The notes beneath the pieces are model-generated. The model made no database searches. It was given only the letters and a program-made list of their open reading frames with translations, and was not told where the DNA came from. Both the position numbers and the translations under genes were made by a program. A stretch of 64,000 nt of DNA from Eledone cirrhosa (lineage: Eukaryota): positions 114,700,001 to 114,764,000 of the forward strand of contig OZ024740.1 of assembly GCA_964016885.1 (NCBI GenBank), written 5' to 3'. The stretch's first letter is position 1, and each line of letters begins with the position of its first letter. Shown here one piece after another: positions 1-12,109 of the stretch.

Positions 1-1860
1 GGGCACGATTTATTGGTTTTTGGCAGGGTTGCCAACGTCCTGTGAAAACTGTTCTTTCAATTTCTGATAGGTTTCTATCCAAACCCTTATTAGTTTTAGG
101 TGTGGTTGGGGTCCTGTGAGATAACCTCCATCAAATTTTTGTTGTTGGTGTTGATGTATGTATATTGTTGTTTTTGTTTTGGTTGTGTTGTTTTAGTTTG
201 GTGTTCGTCGGTGAGTTTTCTTTTTTGTGTTTGGGGTGGTGTTGTTGTTTGTTTGGTTGGTAGGGGGAGGTTTGGTTGTGGTGTTGTTTGTGTTGTTGTT
301 TGTGTCTGTGGTTGTGTGTTGGTGTTGGTGATTAGAGTTTTGTGGGTTTTGTGGTGTCTCTTTTTTTTGTTTTTTGGATTTCCGAGGCTTTTATTCTTCT
401 TCACTTAAAGAAGGAGGAGCAGCCTCATCTGGTAATGAATTATCATCATCAGGAGTGTGGGGTAGGGGTATGTTGTGTGGTGATGGTGTTTTGGTGTGTG
501 TGTTTGTGGTAGTGTTGGATTTGGTGTGGTGGGTGGGGCTGTGTTCTTCAGGGGTGCTGTTTGTTTTTTCTGTTGTTTTTGGTTGAGTGGTTGTTTCTTT
601 GGGTGTGTTTGCTTGTTGTGTGTGTTGTTGTTGTTGTGGTGGTGGTTGTGATTGTTTTGGTGTTGGTGTTGGTAAAAGTACTTTTTTAAAAATTTGTTTG
701 TAAAGGGGAGGAGGCTTTTAGGTGTGATGTGCTTGCAAATCGAAAACAGTGTGGTGTCCTCCTTCAGTTACAATGTTAATGTAGTTTTGGTTGTCGACCA
801 GCACTCTTTCGAGGATTTTGGAAATTCTTTCTGGTTTCATTTGTATCAGAATTTTCAAATTTGTCTCTGCACACTTTTGTCTGGTCGACTTCCTTACCTA
901 AAGAATTGTGTCACTTTCTGGCTCTATGAACCCTGCTAAGATCCACCAAACATTGATGTTTGGTGGTATGTTATTTATTTTAATGTTTTGATTTCTTTTT
1001 CCCATGTAAGTAGGGAAAAGGGTGTGTGATTTTGTGATGACTGGTGTAACAGAATGATTTTGTGCGAGGGCCTCGCTTATAAAAAGTACCGAAATACTTT
1101 CATATAGTCTGGCCCTCTGCATAAAATCAATGTCCGGCAGATCCTCTTTCAGGGTAGTTTCAATTTCCCCTTGACTGAGGAATACCGGCTTTTTTTATTT
1201 GATTTGAGAGAGTTCAGAAGGTTACTGTTCTTCGAACTGCTTCTTGTTTAATTTCCAAGGGTGAGTTTATATGAAATCCACCCTTTTCTTCAAATGTTAT
1301 TAATTGTTTCGCAGCAGACAACATTTGTTTTGAATTGCTGATGTCCAACTCTTTATATTCTGTTTTTATTTTCATTACAGTCTGTGCGAATGTTGTTTTT
1401 TCAGTTTTGTTGTTGTTGGTGTTTTCGTGTGTAGTTGTGTTAATTGTTTCAATTTCTGCATTTTCTGTATTTTTTGGTGTCTGTTGTGGGCTATTATTTT
1501 CATCTTTTGTTGTGCAAATATCCATTTCTTTACGAAACGAAGTTTTGTTGATGTTTGTCTCCATAGATACTTCTATGGAAGTAGTGCGAGATGTAGCGCT
1601 TATATCTGCCTATTTCCCCTTCTTCTCGCTGTAAACGGCTGTCTAAGCCATGCATTGTTACTGTTAGGAAAATTTTAAAACATCTCAATAATGTTTTTAA
1701 TTAAATTTTCGACCCTCAGGGGCGAAAACTTAGATTACCACTCAGCTGACAATTCAGCCTGGGTGTTAATCTATCAAACAATATAAATGTTCACATAATA
1801 AATTCTGTTTTTGTATAGAAAATGTTACAAAGATTTACCGACGATATATCGCACGTCCGG
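1..1860 (-). mobile_element. 5' part (degraded ORF1 region) of a Tx1/L1-like non-LTR retrotransposon, running off the window start
   Basis: Fragments 1214-1564, 898-1122 and 96-404 parallel the ORF1 organisation at 44134-46117: Thr/Asn-rich N-terminus, 'TFAQ..K' vs 'SFARVAK', a degenerate knuckle (HCFRFASTSHLKASSP, ~705-755) vs CRCGEGTHLRAFCP, then a Pro/Thr-rich and Lys-rich tail. Confidence 0.65.
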
Positions 1861-1870
1861 TCGATAGAGG

Positions 1871-1903
<33 letters not shown>
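1871..1903. repeat. (GATA)n microsatellite between two Tx1-like pieces
   Basis: Read directly; a second gatagatagata lies at ~2238-2249. Confidence 0.95.
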
Positions 1904-1904
<1 letters not shown>

Positions 1905-2237
1905 ATTTCTTTATTAGCCACAAGGGCACAAAATAAGGCGACAAATACAAATGGGGAGTTTACATACAGGTATATGAAAATAAAACTATTAATAAAATAA
2001 CAAATAACAATTGATATCCCCAATAGGGGGGGGGTGTTACACAGGGGTTGTACACACCACAAAAAATGTACAACCCTCATCTCCAGGAGCACCAAGAGTG
2101 AGTACTCCCTTCCTCTCTTCCTCTTTTTCCTCAACCTACAGGCTTATATAGAGAGAAGGCCCAACCACTCGGGCCATCTTTGCCACATTCACCCACCTTT
2201 TATAAAATTTGCTCCATCCTGATTTTTCTTCCAAAAT
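1904..2237 (-). mobile_element. 5'-truncated Tx1-like element 3' end (ORF2 C-terminus plus 3' UTR)
   Basis: Shares blocks with 40449-40770 (ttctttattaRccacaaggg, ccccaatagggggg, agagaaggcccaNNcaNtcgggccat). AATAAA lies near the minus-strand end. Flanked by (GATA)n on both sides. Confidence 0.8.
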
Positions 2238-2662
2238 GATAGATAGATACCTGCTACCAACACTCAAATAAAAATTAATACTAAACGACACACACTAATA
2301 AGCCTTGCATGCAGAAATGCTAACACGTTAAATAAACATAAACACAATGTTCATAGACACGCCAAATGCAAATGAATTTTGGCGTCCATGAAGCATTAAT
2401 CACCTTTAGTTTAAAAGAATACAAGTAGATAGAAAGTAATCAAATAATTGTTTCCTTCTAATGAAAGATATAATCCTTGCCATAGTGTTCACATTAATAG
2501 ACATTAGAAAATAGACATCAATCAATTACAAAGAGAATTTTATTATGTGTTCGGAATAATAATTGTTACATGTAGTGCATATGAAATGTTATTAAAATTC
2601 CCGCACTCACCCCTTATACAACATATAAATGCACGTATATATATGAATATATATATATATAT

Positions 2663-2799
<137 letters not shown>

Positions 2800-3260
2800 T
2801 GTGTGGGTGTCCAATAATAATACTTGCAAAGGCCTGATGTAGAAATTCATAATTCCTTAATTCATAATCAATCGTTATACATATTTCTGTGGCCTTCAAA
2901 GTATGATGCAGTGATCACTCAACCACCAACTCGACATCATCAGACAGCATCTCAGTTAAGGAGGTTGCTATGTAATATTGGTAATGCAGTACAGGCTATG
3001 GGCCGGGATGGGATTTCGTAGAGTGTATTGCATTAGCAATAATACATAGAGTACTTATTACCTAAGATGCTGTCGTATGAAGTCGTGCAGGGGCCTTCGT
3101 GACACACGGTAGTTGAAGGGCATTGTCAATATACCCAAACCTGTCCCGCTCTAAGTGTTACCACTCTCGATTTCTTCCCGGGAGAAGGTGAAGAGAGCAA
3201 GGAGAGATGAGATAGAGGGGGGTTGGGAGAAGAGGAGAGAGAGAAGTGGACAATATATCT

Positions 3261-3375
3261 CAATACTGGACAGGTACTTTATTGATCCAGAAAGGATTAA
3301 TGGTAAAACTGAGTATAGCAATATTTGGAATATGAGAACAGAGACCCGGAATGAACCCCTCAAACATTTTAACCA
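3261..3375 (-). mobile_element. Highly degenerate SINE (Meta-domain-like)
   Basis: 'ggtactttattgatccagaaaggattaatggtaaaact' resembles the SINE core at 37581-37692. Confidence 0.45.
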
Positions 3376-3795
3376 ACTCTCTATTGTATTTAACAATTCG
3401 TTCACTTGGTATACTAATTATTGCACACAAAACACTTCCTTAATTGAAATTTCTTTCTGAAATTGAGAAAAAACAAAAAAATTAAATAGTGACAATACTT
3501 AACAAAAATTTATCATGAATGAAATAATCCGATCATTAGATCGAACCAAGGAAATAATATTTCCATTAGTCTTTCCGTGGCAAATAATATCTGCATCCAC
3601 CTTGAGTATAGATACGTAATCATTCATTATGTTGAGCGTATTTTTGTGCCATTTGTATAATAACGATTAGAATGAGAAAAAGGTAGAAGACACGAATATG
3701 GTCAATATGATAGACGGGAAAAGGAAAGACATTACAGCTATATTACAGCTACATAAATTAATTTTATTCGATATTTTGATATAAATATACATATA

Positions 3796-4183
<388 letters not shown>

Positions 4184-4337
4184 TATATATATAAATATAT
4201 ATATATATATACACTCGTTACCAAGTTACCAAGACTGACTCACTGTTGTCTTGTTTTCACTCTTCATTTTCAATTTGTTGTCGTCTTTACTCGGACCTCT
4301 TTTATATTTCTACTTTGTGATCCTGTTTTTATTCTGT

Positions 4338-4374
4338 ATTCCTGAAGAAGGGCTTAAGCCCAACATGTCGAAAT
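4338..4374 (+). ncRNA. Degenerate minimal hammerhead ribozyme (PLE-type)
   Basis: ttc-CTGAAGA-A-GGGC-TTAA-GCCC-AAC-AT-GTC-gaa. The GAAA box has lost 2 nt, so it is probably inactive. Confidence 0.55.
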
Positions 4375-4423
4375 TTCTTTCGTCTTTCCCAGGCATTTTG
4401 TACTTCTTTTTGTTGTCTCTTTG

Positions 4424-4468
<45 letters not shown>

Positions 4469-4790
4469 TGTGTGTGTGTGAAGAACATCTCATGCCTTAC
4501 CTAGAGCCAACATAAACCAATCTCGTGCTACCCACGAACTTACACATGAGCACACAATAATCCTACAATCAACCCTGCCCAGTCCGACACAACAGCTTTC
4601 CTGGTAAAACAGAACGGTGACCGTTTGGGGTCATCAACTGATGTCATCAGGACGCAGTCGCCGTATTACCTAGTTTCTATTATATTTTTCTGCAGCTATA
4701 TTCGACACACACAGACATATACATACACGCACACAAACAAACACACAAACACTATTTACACATCTTTATATATATATATATATATAGTAT

Positions 4791-4870
4791 ATAACGAAGG
4801 AGCCAGGTGGACCATAACGCACCAGAGTGAGTACTCGATACTTAGGGTAGAAGAGTGGGTAATAGGAAAA
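4791..4870 (+). mobile_element. Partial copy of the 3997-4183 element
   Basis: ataacgaagga...ggaccataacgcaccaga...acttagggtagaagagtgggtaataggaaaa matches the other copies. Confidence 0.85.
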
Positions 4871-4895
4871 TAATCTTTTCTAATATATATATATT

Positions 4896-6079
4896 TGAAA
4901 AAGTTTGTCCTCATCAGTGGCCATCCAACCGTCGTAGGCATTTCGTCGCATTAAAGGCCATATACCTCAGGTTGGTGCGAGCAACGGCTAAAAAAAAGTC
5001 GTTGGGACACGTAAATAAAGGGGACGCTATGGTAAACAAACAAAATGGTTAAAGCAGCAGAAAGTGATGAAGAAGGAAACAAGTCCCAGATTTCAATGAA
5101 TATAAATTCGGTGGAATCGTGAACGAGAGAATAACGACCATCAAACCTGGTTGAAATGTGAGCAAGGAAGGAATTTCGCACAGGTCTAACGGGAGGAAGA
5201 AGGGGTCTGGTCTGCGAATTCGGTAAACATAAGTTCTGTGAAGTCGCAGACGAGAGAGAGTAAAAAATTCATACCGGCTTGGCCAAGTGCCCGCGAGAAA
5301 AGGATTACGGACAGGTCAAACGGGAAGAAAGGGGAGGAGGAGAGGTAGTGACAGAGAGTGAGTGAGTGAAAGGTGAGGAAGAGGCTAACAGACTGCTAGA
5401 AAGGGTAAAGACACAAAGAACGAAACAGACTGGTGGCAGCGGAGGAAAAAATATATGTGTAAATATGATAATAATGGAGCTGCGGCGCTGCAAATGGGTT
5501 ACATATGAAAAAGTTTGTCCTCATCAGTGGCCATCCAACCGTCGTAGGCATTTCGTCGCATTAAAGGCTATATACCTCAGGTTGGTGAGAGCAACGGCTA
5601 AAAAAAAGTCGTTGGGACACGTAAATAAAGGGGACGCTAGGGTAAATAAACAAAATGGTTTAAGCAGCAGAAAGTGATGAAGAAGGAAACAAGCCCCAGA
5701 TTTCTATGAATATAAATTCAGTGGAATCGTGAACGAGAGAATAACGACCATCAAACCTGGTTGAAATGTGAGCAAGGAAGGAATTTCGCACAGGTCTAAC
5801 GGGAGGAAGAAGGGGTCTGGTCTGCGAATTCGGTAAACATAAGTTCTGTGAAGTCGCAGACGAGAGAGAGAAAAAAAATTCATACCGGCTTGGCCAAGTG
5901 CCCGCGAGAAAAGGATTACGGACAGGTCAAACGGGAAGAAGGGGGGGGAGAGGTAGTGAGAGAGAGTGAGTGAGTGAAAGGTGAGGAAGAAGCTAACAGA
6001 GAGAGAGAGACTGCTAGAAAGGGTAAAGACACAAAGAACGAAACAGACTGGTGGCAGCGGAGGAAAAAATATATGTGTA
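4896..6079. repeat. Two-copy tandem duplication, period 610 bp
   Basis: 4896-5461 and 5506-6079 are near-identical, both starting tgaaaaagtttgtcctcatcagtggcc. Confidence 0.95.
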
Positions 6080-6519
6080 TACAAAGGCATATACTAACGG
6101 AAGGGAAGATCGTACTTCAGAACAAAGAAACTTCATCTCACCGTGGAGGTAGAAAATTTATTAAGTGATGTAAATCTATAGGACCCAACAAATATTCCCC
6201 TTACTGCATTTTACCGCGTAAAAATATATAAGCGAGTATCCCGATTAATTGACCATTTAATCAATCAATTAACATACCTCATTCCTCCAGATCTCCTCGA
6301 TCATGAGGTACGATTCTGTATATTATGATAAGAAAATAGATATATTTACCTGATGCAGAACATTAGGTTTGTGTGTGTGCAGAGGCGAGAGCGAGTGTGT
6401 GAGAAAGATAAAAATTCCTTGTACGATTTGCATGATGCCTGTTTATTTTTCGGTGAACTATATATTGTGTATGTATATATATATTGGTGCAGTTGGTAAA
6501 AACATGAGTCTTTGTGCCA

Positions 6520-6660
6520 GGCTGAATCACCGAGAACTACGATAAGAGTGAAAATTTATGTGGAATATTCAGCCACTTACGCATTGATTTCACGTATAGG
6601 CAGTTCGCTTTATTGAACCATGAGGATCACTCAACGTTGGCAAAACCGGAGTTCCGACAA
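6520..6660 (+). mobile_element. Degenerate interspersed repeat (SINE-like 3' part)
   Basis: 'aagagtgaaaatttatgtggaatattcagccacttac...' resembles, from memory, a common octopus repeat. Single copy here and unverified. Confidence 0.35.
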
Positions 6661-7182
6661 TGTATATCTGCGTGTTTGTGTATGTCTACGTGTGTATATG
6701 TGTATGCAAAAGTGTGTGTGTGTGTGTTAACCATATTGAGAGACAACCAAACATTGTGTGAATGATGCCTGTGTAGGTCTATATATGTGTGTTTTGCGAG
6801 TGGTTCTATATTTGTGAAAATATTAGCTTAATTCACAAACACATATATACATCTATACACACACGAGGGAGTAATTCTGTGTCTATATAAATGCGGCAAT
6901 CCATATGTGATTGTTTGCGCTTGTGTGATGACTCTTTTATAATATACACACAACTGTCGCCATTTTATCTCTACCAATTTCACTACGGTAAACGTTGTTG
7001 ATAGTTACATTTCTTAAATCACCTTCATATAGGCTGAGTCATAGATCAATGTCGATTGCATTCTCTATTTTTTGTTACTCTCCTCCCATATTTTCCTCAT
7101 TCTCCTCCCACTTTTCCTAATTTTCCATCCAATAGTGCTTCTGTCTTCTTCCATATATTAGATACATCTGTATGAATATTTT

Positions 7183-7219
<37 letters not shown>

Positions 7220-7223
<4 letters not shown>

Positions 7224-7357
7224 CGAAGGAATTGTGTTAAGGAACAAGATGGACCATAACGGACCAAAGTACTCAATACTTAGGGTAGTAGAGTGGGTAA
7301 TAGGAAGAAGTATGACCCCGACGGCAGAGCTCAAGCCGTTTCGATGGCTATTTCTGG
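7220..7357 (+). mobile_element. Copy of the 3997-4183 element without the second hairpin arm
   Basis: Direct sequence match after (TA)n; ends ...gccgtttcgatggctatttctgg. Confidence 0.85.
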
Positions 7358-7541
7358 ACGTTTTCACAAAACAAGAAAAAAAAATGAATACTAACTGATA
7401 TTTCCTCGCTTCTTTGGGTGTTAAGTAACATTCGCTATGTTATTTCTGTAGATCTGTATGTCGGTCGGTAAAAATCGATGTCTCTCCCCACGCTCTCCCT
7501 CTCTCCCTCTCTCTCCCCTTGTCTCTTTATACATATATATA

Positions 7542-7712
7542 TAGTAATAATAATACATTTGAAGACTAAAATCCAAAGAGGGCTCGATAAGGATAAATAT
7601 ATATCAAATATATAAGAACCGTAGCAAATATTTATTAAAATAACAGATTAAAGTTTAAGCAAAGAATTGCTGCTTTCACCCTTACCGGGATCTTCTGAAA
7701 CTAACAAAGTCA
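7542..7712. repeat. Interspersed repeat, three copies (also 29648-29800 and, inverted, 30584-30790)
   Basis: Shared 'gattaaagtttaagcaaagaatYgctgctttcaccctta' and 'ttgaagactaaaatccaaagagggctcgataagg'. All copies adjoin (TA)n. Confidence 0.85.
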
Positions 7713-7721
7713 TTCTTGCTC

Positions 7722-7791
<70 letters not shown>

Positions 7792-8261
7792 GAGCAAGAA
7801 TGACGAAGATATTCTACTAACATGGCTTAAAAGGCTGTTTGCATCACTACAAATGAATCGAATATTATTATTGATTTTAAAAAAACTCAGATTTACATGT
7901 GTATTCAGCCATGGAGAGAGATAAAACTATTTGTTAGTCATTTGACTATGACAAGGGCGGCCATTAATCGCTCGTATACATAAAGCTGACAGGCCTATGT
8001 ACTGATATTCAAATCTGGCTGTTTAGTGGGTCTGATAATATGCAAATCTGACTGATCGGCCAGTCTGCTAATATGCAAATCAGGCCGATCAGTCACTATG
8101 TATTCCAGAAAATATATGATATTTTCACTAGTTCTTACAGTTGGTAGGTAAGAAGTATACGGTACTGATGAAGGGTAATCACCTAGAAACATTAGTGTCT
8201 GCCGAGCAAGAATGACAAGGTTGTTCTACACACGCGGCTGTTAGCATAACACATACGCACA

Positions 8262-8370
<109 letters not shown>

Positions 8371-8379
8371 ACACACACC

Positions 8380-8474
<95 letters not shown>

Positions 8475-8475
<1 letters not shown>

Positions 8476-8692
8476 AAATAAAGTTAAATAAAAGTCAAAT
8501 GATTAAAATTTAGCTTCGTTTATTACTGCTATATATATTTCAGTGACAGCCAGCTTTGGCTGTGACCTCTTCAGGCAGTTTGAATTAGTATGGTATAGAC
8601 AAGTAGATATGTTGTTTAGGTGTATAAAATTGTCAATACTCTGATATGCCCAGGTCCTTGTTTGATTGTTAATTCACTGAGGAACTGGAGTC
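8475..8692 (-). mobile_element. Short PLE 3'-end fragment between (TA)n tracts, hosting the 8525-8579 HHR
   Basis: Begins with codons T-P-V-P-Q-*-I-N, resembling the PxG(L/I)N end of PLE GIY-YIG ORFs, then HHR and poly(A) signal. Confidence 0.55.
8525..8579 (-). ncRNA. Type I hammerhead ribozyme, minimal stem III with palindromic loop
   Basis: Minus strand: ACTGC-CTGAAGA-GGTCACAGCCA aagc TGGCTGTCACT-GAAA-T atat A-TA-GCAGT, followed by AATAAA. All core nucleotides are intact. Confidence 0.9.
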
Positions 8693-8712
8693 ATATATAT
8701 ATGTATATATAC

Positions 8713-8794
<82 letters not shown>

Positions 8795-8803
8795 TATGCA
8801 CAC

Positions 8804-8843
<40 letters not shown>

Positions 8844-8845
8844 GT

Positions 8846-8988
8846 CTCCACTGTAAGTTGAAATCAGCTGGTGATATGCATGTAATAAATATTCTCTCTC
8901 TCTGATAGTTTGTAAACTTACATAGATGAATAACTGAGTATAGATACAATGTATTATCACCATCTAGAAACGATCGTAAAGCAGTGAG
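8846..8988 (+). ncRNA. Degenerate long-stem-II hammerhead
   Basis: Retains A-GAAAC-GATC-GTA, a stem I remnant (cactgt/gcagtg) and the stem II base (tggtgatatgcat/atgtattatcacca). The CUGANGA box is decayed. Confidence 0.5.
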
Positions 8989-9028
8989 GTATATCTCTAA
9001 TGACTTGATTTTTTATCTCATTGCTTTA

Positions 9029-9091
<63 letters not shown>

Positions 9092-9211
9092 GTAGAAGTT
9101 ATATTTAATTTGTTGGGCTACAACAAGCAAATATTTTTATAACTCAACAAATTATTGGAGTAAAAATACAATACATTAACAAATGGAAACTATATTTATA
9201 AAACCATATTT

Positions 9212-9273
9212 ATTTCATTATACATATTTCAAGGAGACCAAAGCAATTATGGTGCGTTTTCATCAGATAAAAT
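9212..9273 (-). ncRNA. Hammerhead ribozyme motif (left palindrome arm)
   Basis: Mirror copy of 9421-9482. Confidence 0.7.
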
Positions 9274-9420
9274 ATAATATAGATCGGTTTTATAAACAAA
9301 TATTGACATACCCTTAAAGAATGCGACCATGTCGATTGGAAGCTCCGGGAGCTTCCAATCGACATGGTCGCATTCTTTAAGGGTATGTCAATATTTGTTT
9401 ATAAAACCGATCTATATTAT

Positions 9421-9482
9421 ATTTTATCTGATGAAAACGCACCATAATTGCTTTGGTCTCCTTGAAATATGTATAATGAAAT
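9421..9482 (+). ncRNA. Hammerhead ribozyme motif (right palindrome arm)
   Basis: ATTTTAT-CTGATGA-[imperfect stem II with acca/tggt]-GAAA-T atgt A-TA-ATGAAAT. 7 bp stem I, with AATAAA overlapping the end. Confidence 0.7.
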
Positions 9483-9526
9483 AAATATGGTTTTATAAAT
9501 ATAGTTTCCATTTGTTAATATAATGT

Positions 9527-9618
<92 letters not shown>

Positions 9619-9662
9619 GAAAGTAAAACAAAGAAGCCTTCAATACATCAAAAGTCTTTATT

Positions 9663-9702
9663 AGCCGACAATGTTTCGTCTATTAAGGACTCATCAGGGC
9701 AA
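9663..9702 (-). ncRNA. Minimal type I hammerhead ribozyme
   Basis: Minus strand: GCC-CTGATGA-GTC cttaata GAC-GAAA-C att G-TC-GGC, immediately followed by tAATAAA. Canonical core with GUC cleavage triplet. Confidence 0.9.
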
Positions 9703-11249
9703 TTAAAACAACAAGAAGTAATGTCGGCAGATACAAGCCCGAAGCTCCGAAGAGTATGGAGTGTACATACACTAAAGTATTGCAAGATTATGGGTAAAAA
9801 TATATAATAAAAATAATAAAAATATATAATAAAAATTACTAAAGATGTATATAACATTAAGAACCATATTACAAATATAGTCCAAAGCAAAAAAAAACCT
9901 AGAGCTAAACAAAGGTGGTTATATAGAGCAGGAATTATATATAATACAATGTAATATAATATTATTATACCTTTACCAATATTAAAATTACAATAAAAAT
10001 CAAAAGGTACAATATGCATATGTATATATGTACGCACACGTACACACACATACACATACAACAATACACATATCCATCTTCAACTGCACAAATTAAACCT
10101 TATTAAGAGTTTGAATATAAAAATAAGCATGATAGGAATGAAAATAATAATAATAACAATACTAATACATCTACCCAATATACATGAGGTAATAATATGA
10201 TAAGTAGCACATATAATAAATAATAAACAATACAATTATATACTATATAATATAATATAATAGAATAGATAATCTCCGGTTAATTTACACAAACAATATA
10301 GATGTCACAATAATACTATAATAATAATATACTAACATTTATAATATACAATATACTAACATTTATAATATACAATATATAATGGTACTCAAGTTAACAA
10401 ATCAATTCATACTGGGTTACAGAGTAGGTGAGGAAAAATAAATTGTACAATACCCAAAAAATTATGATGGTACAAAAAATACAAACATCTTACATGATAT
10501 ATAAAGTTTAACATATCATAATGTTACATATAATTAACGGTAAGTAATAAGGATCGATATTACAAATAAAAAATACAATATAATATAATATATTATATAA
10601 AATAAATTAACATAATATAATATATAATTACTTATAATTACAAGGTTGGTGAACAGATATGCATGTGGATGAGTGAGTAAGGGCCAGACAGTAAATATAA
10701 TGCACAGTAGTATAAACAAATAAAATATAAAATATAAAATATAGAATAAAATAAATAAATAGAATCAACCGGAAATTAAAAAACAAAAACAAACGTATAC
10801 ATTTAGGTCTCACATGCAGTTAAGTAAAAACTAAGGAAACAACCCCTGTAAATGACTCGAAAACCCTATTTGATAAATTAATATTAAAAATATTTAAACT
10901 ATCCAATAAGGCAATATAATATTAGCTATGGTTTAAGTAATTAAAGTTTATAAACGTTAATATTTCGTTACAAATGTTTACAAAAAGGAATGAAATTTTT
11001 TACTATCATATACATAACGATATCTAAAAAACTGACTTAAGCAGAATTAAGGTAGGCTAATAGGGACAGAAATGAAGAAATATATGGAGGATGCAAAGGG
11101 GCATAAAATCGTAGTCGATACACTATATTAAATAATAGAAAGGAGCGTAAAAGAGGGGGGGGGGTAAATATAATCATAGTCAATTTGGAGGGGTTGATAA
11201 TAATTGTATGTGCGCATGGGGGGGAGGGGGTATCCAAAGAAGAATCCGA

Positions 11250-11553
11250 ATAAAAATAAAAATAAAAATAAAAATAAAAATAAAAATAAAAATAAAAATA
11301 AAAGTAAAAATAAAAATAAAAATAAAAATAAAAATAAAAATAAAAATAAAAATAAAAATAAAAATAAAAATAAAAATAAAAATAAAAATAAAAATAAAAA
11401 TAAAAATAAAAATAAAAATAAAAATAAAAATAAAAATAAAAATAAAAATAAAAATAAAAATAAAAATTAAACTAAAAATAAAAATAAAAATAAAAATAAA
11501 AATAAAAATAAAAATAAAAATAAAAATAAAAATAAAAATAAAAATAAAATAAA
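11250..11553. repeat. (TAAAAA)n hexanucleotide array, ~50 units
   Basis: Read directly. Confidence 0.97.
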
Positions 11554-11874
11554 TAGCGTAAAATATATAATCTTATATATATTCATAAGGTGTTAATAGT
11601 GAAAATTTAATGCGTAAGAAGATAGATATGGTACAGTAGCCAAAAGATTATGAGAGCTAGAATAAAGAGTCATCAAAAACCAATGATAATAATGATGATA
11701 ATAATAATGTTGGTAAACAAAAGAACCTAAACTAAAAAATAAGTAATGGAATATATCAGCTAATGGGTACAATTTGTACTACTAGAACGTTTAGGTTTAT
11801 AATAAAAGTATGAATTAGAAATAGCGTGGGGGCAAGAAGAGAATATCTCAGACTTTCTATTAAGTAAGGATACG

Positions 11875-11937
<63 letters not shown>

Positions 11938-11976
11938 AAAATAATGAAATTAAACAAAAAATGGTTAATTCATAGT

Positions 11977-12109
11977 AAAACTCAATATTTTACGATCGTT
12001 TCTGGGGGGTAGTTCCCCGTATGTCCATTCTATTATTGATCTATGTAAAATATATTACAAAATATACATACGTCTTCACTACCCGCCGTCTTCAGAAATA
12101 ATGAGTTTT
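11977..12109 (-). ncRNA. Type I hammerhead with 86 nt stem II (PLE1 3' region)
   Basis: aaaactcattattt-CTGAAGA-C ggcgggtagt...cgtatgt...acatacg...actacccccc A-GAAA-C gatc G-TA-aaatattgagtttt. Stem I pairs at 13 of 14 positions. Confidence 0.85.

Larger units (their letters stand above)
9175..9519. repeat. Perfect palindrome with 172 bp arms and a 1 nt centre (9347); head-to-head PLE 3' ends
   Basis: Arms are reverse complements around gaagctcc-g-ggagcttc. Each arm holds an HHR. Confidence 0.95.

Noticed and set aside
4905-4950. Minus-strand GAC-GAAA...CTGATGA-GGAC as a type II hammerhead (also in the second tandem copy)
   Set aside because: Stems I and II do not pair in register.
11204-11552. 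(KN)n and (KI)n ORFs
   Set aside because: Translation of the (TAAAAA)n array.
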